Positions 24,231 through 34,393 of a DNA stretch of 64,000 bases are shown one piece after another; position 1 is the first letter of the stretch; each line of letters begins with the position of its first letter. Made by a program: the position numbers and the translations under genes. Under the pieces are notes generated by a model. That model did no database searches, was not told the origin of the DNA, and was given only the letters and a program-made list of their open reading frames with translations. Source of the DNA: Microthyrium microscopicum (taxonomy: Eukaryota); the NCBI GenBank assembly GCA_010405405.1, contig MU004237.1, positions 2,119,345-2,183,344 on the forward strand. Direction: 5' to 3'.

Positions 24231-26062
24231 ACGTGCCCCACCCACTTCTGCGCCAACCTACTTCTGCGCCATTAGATCAAGATAATTAACAAATAATCAC
24301 TGTAGGATATCTTAGCTAAAACACAAAATATTTAATTAATTTAAAGTACAAAATTAAGCTTAATCTTTAAGCTACTAATTCCTTCTCTCTACTTCTTCTT
24401 AAGTCGCTTAAGTATGTCTTAAGCTAAAGCTAAACTATTTATTACAAAATCTCTAAAAATCTTCTCTTTATTATCTAATTCTGTATTATAATCTTTCTTC
24501 TTTCTTTTACATAATTTTAAAACTATAAATAATATTCTAACCTATTCTTAAAGCGTAATAATTATTTATTATTAAGCTAAATACTATACTAAGGCTTTTA
24601 AAGCCTATTTTAGAATTACCTATTTAACTATTCTCTTTAAATAAGGAGTTAATAATAAAACATTAATTAATTTTAAAATTTCTACTAAAGTAGAAGGAGT
24701 AATAGCTCTAGTAATTTATATAGGAATTTCCTCTAAAGCATTTTTAGTTATTAAAAAGTAAGATAATAAATAATATAGTTTAAATAAATAAATACTAATT
24801 ATAGCAAAGGAATTTTAGATATTTAACTTAGTAAAAGCTTATTTATAAGCCTAAAAATAGATCTAAATAAAGATTCTCTTCTAAATAGAAGTAGATATTA
24901 AATTAAGTCTAGAATAGTATAAAATAGTAGTAAATTTATACTTTAAAGAAGAGAAGCAACTAACGTCTAAAGGTTAAGTTTTATAAGATAAATAAGGTAG
25001 TAAATATACTAATTATATATTATTAATAATATAAATATAGCAAAATTTAGGTATATAATAACTACTATAGTTATTATAAACTAAAATTTACTATTCTAGC
25101 TCATTTATAAGCGAATTAAGTAGTATTTTAGTAAAAGGAATAAAGATCTTTTAAAGCTATTCTTTACTAAGCTTATTTAACGTCTAGCTATTAACTATAG
25201 CTATAAATTAATAGCTAGCAGATTCTAATTCCTTCTTATAATTTGTAGGGAACTAGTAGTTAAGAATAGCTAGTCCTTTATAGATCGTAAAGAAAGGTAT
25301 ATAGGTTCCTATTATAGAAACCGTCTTAAGAATTAAAGTATTTTCTTAACTATTATTTGTATTTAGAAACTTATTCTTTTTATATTTAGTAGTTTGCCTA
25401 CTAACTATAATAATCTCTTTGCTATTTAATAATAGGCATATGCCTATTTTGTCTATATTATAGATATTTAATAGCTTAATGAAATAAGTTATAATCGTAT
25501 AGTTTAAATAGTTATAAAACTTCTTAATAGCTAGTTTATTAAATCTATTAAATTAAGAGCTTTCTATCTTCTTACGCTTTATTAAAATAATATTAGGATT
25601 TCGTCATTTAAATCCTTAGATTTAGTTTATACCTAAAAAGGATAAAGAATCTATTTCTAGGTTCTTAAGGCGCAAAAATTCTTTAGTAAATTCTCTTATT
25701 CTACTATAGTTAGGAGAGTTACTAGCAATCTCTTTATATAGAATCTATTTAATTACTTAATCCTTATCTATCTTAGATAATTTTTAGGCACTAGAATAAG
25801 CTATAGAGTATAATTTAATTCCTTTTAATCTACGGCCTAGAGTATTATAAGAGATTCTATATGCCTTAGTATAACTTCATAATAATAAGTATTCCTAGTT
25901 TAAAAATGTATTTACTATATTATCTAGATCCTATAAGTCTGCTATTAAAAGCGCATTTTAAAAGAATTAAAATTGAGAGAGTTATGGTGGTTTGAAATTG
26001 ATCTAAATTGTTTGATGGGGCTGGCGCAGAAGTGGGTTGGCGCAGAAGTGGGTGGGGCACGT
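24231..26062 (-). mobile_element. Full-length Fot1/pogo-type (Tc1/mariner superfamily) DNA transposon, RIP-inactivated
   Basis: ~41-bp terminal inverted repeats ACGTGCCCCACCCACTTCTGCGCCAACC(T/C)ACTTCTGCGCCA. TA flanks both ends (24229-24230, 26063-26064). 1832 bp long with a very AT/TpA-rich interior. Minus-strand transposase relics IYNIDKIG (cf. NMDETG), ILVYNNYSSY (cf. DxHxSH) and LLPYLSYKT*PLDV (cf. LPPHSSH..QPLDV). Confidence 0.95.
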
Positions 26063-26356
26063 TATAGGGTGCGACGGGGGGCAGAGGAAAAGAGGATGGG
26101 AGAACCCTTCCAAGAAAGAGCGACCATATGCTGTCGAAAGGACGTAGAACGCATGTCATAGCTACCTAGCCATTATGTCTAATTCATGTCTTTAAACTGT
26201 GTAGAAGTCTGAAAGTATCTCTAGATCTTTGTAGCATCATGTTACCCCAAGGGCTCTCTTATTATCAGTTCCTCTAAGCCCCATCGCACCCTATGGTAGT
26301 TTGGCATAAAGCGAAGTACAGCTGCGATCAGCTACTGTCCCATGTCTTCGCTCCTA

Positions 26357-27277
26357 CTATTGTTCCAAAGGCTCTCGACCTGACATTACCCCGTAGTCTC
26401 CCGTGACCTGGCAGAGGATGTCATGCTCCAGCTTGTTCACGATCATGACGATGAACACATCCGGCCAACTGTCAAAAGCGGTGATGGCATGGAACCTCCA
26501 TGCTAAGGGAACATCGACCAGGTAATTGCGTGTGCGCATTACGCCAATCATCATCGTCATCAGCTTGCGATGGACGCTGAAATCTCTGGACCATTTGAGT
26601 AATTCATCGTGTGCCATATCGCCGTCCGTGCTAAGGAATTGGGCCACGAGCTCGATCTGATGAATGGGAAATGTACACTGAAAACTCTTCAAACGAGGAA
26701 AATGAGCGAGTTTTTGAATGCAGTCCAAGATGTTTTGTCTCTCCTGCTGCAGGTGACTGATACTGCGGAACCGCTCAGTAGCATAATTCGGATGGCTAGC
26801 ATGATAAAGATGATTCCCGTCTTCCAGCCACAAGAACTGACAATCGAGACGCCGAAGTTTTGGAATGTGAAGAACAAGATGATCAGCAACGTATTGTGCC
26901 AAGCTTTCGATCTCTTCCCAGTCGTGAAATCTTATACTGAGGTGACGAATGAGGCTCATTTGTTCCGGTGAGAAATCATACGTAGCAGATTGTGGATCAT
27001 ACCAGTTGGGATCTTCCAAGCTAAAAGTATTGCAGTGATGCAATATATCTTTCGCCTCTTCATAAACTTGCTGGCATGTCTGTAGGATCTGGTAGGAAAG
27101 GTTCAGCCTGGAACCGGGACTTCGATGTATTTTGAAAGTTGGTGTATTCTGACCGTTGTTGCGGTTGTTGGGTACAGCATGGAAGACAATCATTTCTTGA
27201 GAAGCCAAAGCAAACGCGTAGATCATCTGCCGAATTTCTAATGGGAGCTTAGATAGAAAGTTTGAAGAGCTCGACAT
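26357..27277 (-). CDS. F-box-like array paralog P3 (subtype B)
   Basis: MSSSSNFLSKLPLEIRQMIYAFAL; QILQTCQQVYEEAKDILHHCNTFSL; FSVHRKLM..LVDVPLAWRFH..HDILCQVTGDYGVM. Confidence 0.82.
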   Translation of the reverse strand: MSSSSNFLSKLPLEIRQMIYAFALASQEMIVFHAVPNNRNNGQNTPTFKIHRSPGSRLNLSYQILQTCQQVYEEAKDILHHCNTFSLEDPNWYDPQSATYDFSPEQMSLIRHLSIRFHDWEEIESLAQYVADHLVLHIPKLRRLDCQFLWLEDGNHLYHASHPNYATERFRSISHLQQERQNILDCIQKLAHFPRLKSFQCTFPIHQIELVAQFLSTDGDMAHDELLKWSRDFSVHRKLMTMMIGVMRTRNYLVDVPLAWRFHAITAFDSWPDVFIVMIVNKLEHDILCQVTGDYGVMSGREPLEQ

Positions 27278-28014
27278 GATGGGAGAATCAGTAAACCGAG
27301 ATTTCAGTAGACACGACTTTAGTGGATGAACTAAGATCTGTCTGGTGAAGTAGGAAAGTGGGCAACAAGGCAACTAATATACCCATTTTCTTTCCTCTTT
27401 GGAATATATCTTTAAGTGTGACTAGGTCAGTGATCTCCTGATGTGTCTGCGTGTTCAACGGATTGCAACTTCATGGTTTGTGTTAACGCTTAGAGGCTCG
27501 GAAAGCACAATTACAGTAGCTGGAGAAAGATCATCTTCTCGATCTCGCTCTCCAGCGTCATATTTGAGATAAAGCGAGCCCTCTGACCTTATAATCATCA
27601 GTGGTAAAGGAACAATTGTCGATATATCCCATCTAATACGGGAAGAGACTTTTCCTTACAAGCACTTCTCTGTACAAACTCTATCTAATTGTCTGACGTG
27701 TTAAGAAAAACATCAGACACAAACGTATCTCAAGGGAAACCTTGTCTTTAGAGCACACAGCTGATACAGGGCTCATATTAAAGCTACCTATCTAAGGTAA
27801 GTACCTAAGTCAGGTATCTTCCAGAAATAGAGCGGAACGGTAGGCCATTAACGACTTGACGGGACTTACCACCACACGCATGAAAGCCCATTTACAACAC
27901 CAAAAAATCGAGACGAGAAGAAGTGCCGTGATGTTAACCTCCATCCACTTGCTGATAACATATCTCGCTGTTAAACCCAAACTGAGAGCGGCACTATCAG
28001 ACAGAAGTCTGAAA

Positions 28015-28090
28015 ACCCACCATCAGGCTGAACACCCACCATCAGGCTGAACATCCACTATCAGGCTGAACATCCACTATCAGGCTGAGT
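28015..28090. repeat. Minisatellite, 4 x 19 bp (A(C/T)CCAC(C/T)ATCAGGCTGAAC)
   Basis: Four head-to-tail units with no spacers; a degenerate unit near 27991. Confidence 0.9.
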
Positions 28091-28403
28091 AGTCAATCAA
28101 AGGACTGGAGGCGCTCGTCTCCTCCTGAGATCACGAGTAATGCCAACTTGGATTGAAACAAAGTACAAATTTTGTTATTGTCCTAGCTATTGGGCTTGCC
28201 TAGACTACACGCGATACTCATGAGCTTGTTCGCGTACAGAGCGGCATACAACAGAGACCATCAGAGGCCAACTCATTAGGCAACTTTCAGTCCCCAGTCT
28301 GATCAGACTTTTCTGTCCTCGATAAGCCAAGCACCTGCCTTGCCGAGCTCCCATGATGTTCAACAAACAATCAAAACTCGAAATCTTGCCTACACTGCCA
28401 GTC

Positions 28404-29537
28404 TTACTCCTCATCTGAGTCCTGCTCCTCGCCCGAACTCCACTCCCCTCCTGAGGTCAAATCCTCTTCTGAGGTCGATGCCTCTTCTGCATTCGAGTCC
28501 TCCTCTTCCTCTGATAATCCTGCGGTCTCTACCTCCTCGAGTCCTTGCCACAGGACTTGTTTGTCGTTCATGATTTCGCATGTGATATGATCGCGACGCA
28601 TATTTGCGGTCATCTTGATCCAAGCGATAGCATCCTCAGATCCCTCACTCTTAAGGGTACTAAAATTCCAGGCAATCGGAACCCCAGGTAAGGTTTCTTG
28701 TCGTTGAAAATCCGCTTTAATCAACCCCATCCAATAGCGATGAAGACTGAAGCTTGGAGGTACTGGATCTTTGGCAGTATCCGTATCATCTTCCACATAC
28801 GTCGAGTCTTGAAGCGCTTTTGTCACTATATTTGGACGCCCGAGAGCACACCGCAGCCAATGTCTATGTGCCTTGTTGAAGTTACGACCACAGCCAGTGG
28901 ACCAACCTTTGTGCAACCAAGGTATACTGAAAGTGCAACTCAAACGAAGTCGTGGCGTCTGGTTGACCTTCTCGCCGAGTTTCTTCAGAGTATATAAAGT
29001 GTTGCGTTTAACATCGCAGCGTTTCGGCCATGTGCTTATAGCTTCAACGGTATGAACAGACTTCAGTTGATCGAGTACAATTTCAATCGACAAGAAACGG
29101 AATGTTGTTGGAATCAAATCAATTCTGACAATGCTGATGAGGTTCATCTGATGGTATGGCATGGCTCGTAAGCCTCGCGACAGGAAGTGCCCCGAATAGT
29201 GCTTGTGTATCGCAGGTGACAGGAAAAAAGCGTTTTGCTGATACAAGACTTCTTCTGCTTCATCGAAGACCTGCTTGCATGTACGCAGACTTTGAGAGGA
29301 TAGAACTTTGCGTTCGCAAGGCGGCTCTCGCTGTTCAATACAAGCTACATAGCCGCCAGTGTTGTCGCGCGCGGGCGCGAGATGAACCAATGCGCCCTCG
29401 TATAGTCACTATAGTGTATCGCAATCGTTCAGAGGAGCCAGAGGACACACTAGAAGCTCCACGTATATCATGCGTCTAATCTCCAAAGGAAATTGCTCCA
29501 GGAAAGCGCAATACGAAGAAGAATTCCGAGCGGACAT
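28404..29537 (-). pseudogene. F-box-like array paralog P4 (subtype A) with in-frame TAG TGA at 29406-29411
   Basis: FLEQFPLEIRRMIYVELL is in the same frame as the downstream 328-aa ORF (QSLRTCKQVFDEAEEVLYQQNAFFL; FSLHRYWM..VPIAWNF..DHITCEI). The two parts are separated only by two adjacent stop codons. Acidic repetitive tail. Confidence 0.8.
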
Positions 29538-30269
29538 AATGACCGTTTTGCTGAGCAGATAGTCGTGAGAATTTTGTTCGGGAATGTGAAGGACGAAAAG
29601 AGCAGAAGTCCATTTCAGACACTGTTGCCTTGAAGTTTTCACTGCTCAAGGTCGTGTTCCATTAGTCGCCTTATTTGATCTTCCCATTAGTTTTGAGGTT
29701 GTCTTGACACCGACAGGCCGTAAGTCTAAGAAAGCACAGCTTTCCTAATGCTTTCGAGTAACATAGCAACTTGGGCTAAATAATAGTTCAGCTGAATATC
29801 CACGTATTCACTTGCGCACAATCTAGTTGTTATAGCCGCCACGAAACAGATAAATTGAAGTACAGGCTCGCCAGGAGATAAAAAGCAAGAATACTTGCTA
29901 ATAGAGCAAGGACCACAATGAAACTCTGAAACTCTTAAATCCTAGATCTCACCGCCTACGAGGACGGCTTTGAACCGCGGAGAGTCTATTTTTACTACCA
30001 AGTGTGACCAAACATTGTGTATACTCGATTTCGTCCGCCGATCGACAAAATGGCGCGCCCATCAACAACCGTTTCTTTCATTGCACTACACGACAAACGA
30101 TGCTTTAGTTTCCAGCGCATCAGACGGAAAAGCTACGGATCTACTCCATTAAAACAATTGGTCCAATAGCGTAGCAGGATGCAGATATCGCACTTGATGG
30201 GGGCTCACCATTTATTTCGTCGACTGGTTGCCCGGCAGCCCAGTTTGAAATCCCAGTTTCATGGTCTTA

Positions 30270-31367
30270 TCACAAACATTCGCGTCGTGTCATTACCGAA
30301 TAGTCGCCGTCAACTTGGCATGTGATATGGTCGTCCTTATCGTTCAGAATCATTACAATGAACAAACACGGAGACTCGTTGAAGCGAGTAATGGTATGAA
30401 ACCGCCACGTCAAAGGGACGTCTACCAGGAGTCCTTCCTCACGCGCTTTTTTTTGAATCAAATGCATTAATTTTCGATGAGGAGTGAAGTCTTGGACCAC
30501 GCGACGAGCCGCATCATTCTCCTCATCCTGCTTTGTCGAGGTTTTGATGGTAGGAGTTCCGTTATCGATCTTTTCAGTGCTAGATTTCCCAGCGTGGGCT
30601 TCTCCTTGACTCTGCTGCTCTGCGCTGTTCACTAAGTCTGAAGTCCTGGAAGACATTGTGGCTCGAGAATACCAATAGTCCCATTCTAGATCTGTGTCGC
30701 GGCGCACCGTCTCTTCAATGCACACCGTGGGCAGCAGTAGACAAACAGGGAATTTACATCTGAGTCTCTTGATTTGAGGAAGCCGACCGATGTTTTGAGT
30801 GCATTTCAGCATTGCTTCTTCTTTTGATGGGGGCCTGGTTGAGGGACGTACTCGTCTACTTGAGGTACAGGTAGGTGTAAACCACCAGGGATACTCATGA
30901 TTCGAGGATCGGTATGGCCAAACATAGTCGCAGTCAATATATCCAGCGTTCAAAAAATTGTTAGCAAGACAGCGAAAAACCTCGTCGGACAAGCGCTCAG
31001 TGTGGTCCCATGCAGTCATTGTTATATTGAGATGAGTGATGAGACTTCTATGATCAGCTGAAATCTGGGATGAATACTTGAGAGAAGGCGAAAGATCACC
31101 CGGGACACTCAAGCGGAAGATATTACGGCGATATAAGATCTCTCGGGCTTCTTCGTAGACTTGTCTGCACGTGCAAAGGATCTGAGGGGAAGTGTCGTTT
31201 ATCAACAGCTCAGGAACGATGAATTGAGAATTGTCCCTCCGACGATTGTCGCCGCTATCGAGAGCAGGAGAGAACCCAAACGTCTCTTGAGACACTAGAA
31301 GATGCTCGTAAATCATTAGCCTCATCTCTAATGGAAGCCTATGTAGAAAGATTGAAAACGACGACAT
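30270..31367 (-). CDS. F-box-like array paralog P5 (subtype B)
   Basis: MSSFSIFLHRLPLEMRLMIYEHLL; PQILCTCRQVYEEAREILYRRNIFRL; FTPHRKLM..LVDVPLTWRFH..DHITCQVDGDYSVM. ATG 31367 chosen by homology with the other copies. Confidence 0.82.
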   Translation of the reverse strand: MSSFSIFLHRLPLEMRLMIYEHLLVSQETFGFSPALDSGDNRRRDNSQFIVPELLINDTSPQILCTCRQVYEEAREILYRRNIFRLSVPGDLSPSLKYSSQISADHRSLITHLNITMTAWDHTERLSDEVFRCLANNFLNAGYIDCDYVWPYRSSNHEYPWWFTPTCTSSRRVRPSTRPPSKEEAMLKCTQNIGRLPQIKRLRCKFPVCLLLPTVCIEETVRRDTDLEWDYWYSRATMSSRTSDLVNSAEQQSQGEAHAGKSSTEKIDNGTPTIKTSTKQDEENDAARRVVQDFTPHRKLMHLIQKKAREEGLLVDVPLTWRFHTITRFNESPCLFIVMILNDKDDHITCQVDGDYSVMTRRECL

Positions 31368-32654
31368 GATGCTTCTGTTGCTATTTAGGATGCAAGAAAC
31401 GTTGTCAACACATTTGAATGTCTGGTGAAAGGCCTGGTTGATGAGCGAGAACGTTGATATATGTGTTGCCACCTCTTGCGCAAAAGCAAAGATTTCTGCT
31501 GTTGGGCAAAGTCCTATGTACAAACACACAGGAGATACTGCACTTGACTCGTCGCTTGACCTGTGACACAACAATGAAGTAGAAATCGCAGTCACTTGTC
31601 TTGAGCAGGTAGTTGCCAGCGTATAGAGAGCTGCAAAAAGCAATCAAGGATACCAAACAACTGGTAGACAAAATAAGTGGCGTGCTCCCATCGACTTCGA
31701 TGGCTCCCAGACGACCTGGTTTGCTATCGAGTGTTTTACTTCCCTGACAGGACGTTCAGAATTGGACAGTCTATCAAGTGCAGTGGAAGATATAAAATCT
31801 GTTATTTAGTAGCATGCATGGGACCCAGCGGAACTGATGGGGGCACGCCAGTTATTTTGTCCACCGGCTTGACCAAAGAAGTATTATCAATTCGACTGTA
31901 ACTGTAACGTTAAGCCAAGTACTCAAACACAATTATAATACATTTACAATACATGATACCAACTAAGTAGTTTGTCCTTTCTCGAAAGACCTGAAAATAA
32001 ACTATGCTGGTATAAGAGCATTTCAAAGTTCATGTCGAGTTTGCTTCGCTACACTGATATTGAATCCAATCACTGCCTTCTGACCTTAAAGTGCTTGTGC
32101 ATTTGCAATAAAGCCAGCGACCTGAGACATCGGGCCGTTGTAGTTGACAGTTGGGTTTGGAGCTGCGATCGAGCTGTTTAATACTCCACCATCAGGGGCA
32201 CACCTAAGCAGATTGGTCGCTCCGGTCTCAAGGTCCTTCCAAAAGTTACACTCGTTGAGTGCCGTATCCGGATCTTGCGGTAGCATTTGAAATGTTTCAT
32301 TTGGGCTTTCGAGTGCAGATGTCGCGCCTTCGTAAAATAAGCTTGCGAAGATTTCGGCTAGCTGTCTCGAAGTCAGGTATGATGCTCGTAAACTGGCTTT
32401 CAACGACTGACACTCGAGTATTCGCGTCTACTGTGATTTCAGAGGATCTGGTAACTTTGTAAAATTAGGTATATGTAGTGCATTTTCCATGCTGTGCACT
32501 TGGTCTCTGCCAAAATGCAAAATCGTGTTCTCATCTGTTATATGATACAATATGCCGTGACCAATGAGCTTTCCAGTGTTGATGTGCTTCATACAACCGG
32601 TAGATTGTTGCTTTGACGTAGATTGGTCCGTGTCTTTTCAAAGTTCATCGCCCA

Positions 32655-33884
32655 CTAGGCGAGGAACGATAGGATGATAGGTAGGCTAAAGAGTATGGCA
32701 ACGCTTCTCGATCCTAGATGTTGCAAAGACAAGGCAGCCGCACTGGAGGGCGTTGCAGAGGGGCTTGATGACGTGTTTGAGCTCGTTGAATTACTGTTTT
32801 CACTTGTCAGTCTGAATGAGCTAGGGGCTATGGGAAACAGAAACCTGATAACCATAGATATGATGATAAAGATATCTGATCTAGTGCAAAGGTCGATGGA
32901 ACTTACGAGAGACATCCCAGGTAGCTCCCCAGCTTATCGACGACAAATTTCTGACTATCAATGCTGGCATCGGTCTTGTTCGCCGCATATGCGACACTGA
33001 TGCTGGCATAGCATCCTGCCTTGATCACCTGGCTCTCCGACGGCAATGTTGTGCTCCCACAAGTTTTGACGTCGTTTCCAGATCCAGAGTTAATTCGACT
33101 TAGTACGAAGACAAAGCTACTTGCTGAGCTACAAGTCTTGTCGGATACACTTGGATAATTGACATTGAGCCAAATGCCATCTGGGAGGTAAGGTTTTCCA
33201 GCTTTGATCAGGGTGTTCGTGACGTTCGAGCTCAAGTCAGCGTAAACTTTCTGATATGTCTCCGTGGTCGTCTGCCATCCGACTTGACTACCAGTTGCTC
33301 CACTGAATGCAATAGCCGGAACTCCTTCTTTTGCTGCTTCTGATGCTGCACCCACAGTCCCAGAGATCAAAACAGTACCACCGGCGTTACCACCAACATT
33401 GAATCCAGACACTGCAAGATCTGGTGGTCCTCCTAAGATGGTCTGGGAAAGGTTCTGAATGCCATAACGCATAGCTGTTACTGGATATGCGTTGACATAG
33501 TTCAAACGTGGCTCCGAAGCATTGTTGCCAATTGCTGGTGCTCCGCCTGGGCATGAGGAGAACTCACAGCCCGAGGACCCCAGCTGCACAGGAGTAGCAT
33601 CCGTTGATCCTGGAATTGGCGTTAGCGCAATGTTTACCATCGCAAGGAAGATGTCAGATTTGGCTGGTAGACTAGTGAATGGGTATACAGGGCGCTGGAA
33701 ACTTACCGGTTCCACTTCTGTCAATTGCTGGTGCAGAAATCAACACGTTTTGACCTGATGCAACGAGTGCATCGTAGAAGACGCGAATGTTCTTCTCGGC
33801 CCATCCATCGTCGTTCGAAAGCACAATACTGACAGCGCTGGACAAAGCAGGAGCGAAGAGAAAAAGAAGGCGTAGTTTAATCAT
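32655..33884 (-). CDS. Secreted SurE-family 5'/3'-nucleotidase/acid phosphatase with GPI-like tail (introns 33610-33706, 32794-32906)
   Basis: Signal peptide; IVLSNDDGW; ISAPAIDRSGTG; PDLAVSGFNVGGN; SGTVGAA; LNVNYP. The last exon encodes a Ser/Thr-rich stretch and a hydrophobic C-terminus. Confidence 0.9.
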
Positions 33885-34393
33885 CTTGGACTCTGCATTG
33901 TATGTACAGCAAAACCAGATTCAGACCGCAAGTTCGCTCAATGCAAATGATAGATCAAGTTGGATATCCAAAAGCACTGGCATCCATCAAGAGTCAAGAC
34001 GCCAGATGGCGAAAAGGATGGTGTGAGGTTGGAGACAACTTGAGACGCGTTTCAGGAGAGTTTCTTTTAGGACTAGCGCATAGAGGGATGGATCTTAAGA
34101 TCGGCGGCTATAATTCCTCGAGTAAAGTGGAGACTTTATCGGATGCTTCTCCCTTAATTCACAAGTTCTTCATCTCTAGTCTTGGAATGATGTTCCATAA
34201 TTGCTGATAGTCTGGCTTTTGGAAATAGCTGCGGGATCGTCGTATTTTGCCTTGCACTCAAGTCACTTCACAGTAGGCCAAGAGTTTCAGGGGTCCAACT
34301 ACAGGACTCAATCGCATAAAGATCTCCACCAGCATTCACAGGAGTATGCGATTTATCTTGCCATTTGATTCAGTACGTTATAATTATGAATTT

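Noticed and set aside
28015..28090. CRISPR-like array
   Set aside because: The units are contiguous with no unique spacers, there are no cas genes and the context is eukaryotic. It is a minisatellite.
31368..31643. N-terminal extensions on P5 (and on P3 and P4) shown in the ORF track
   Set aside because: They start at TTG/GTG codons. The homologous ATG with the shared context lies just before the F-box-like motif.
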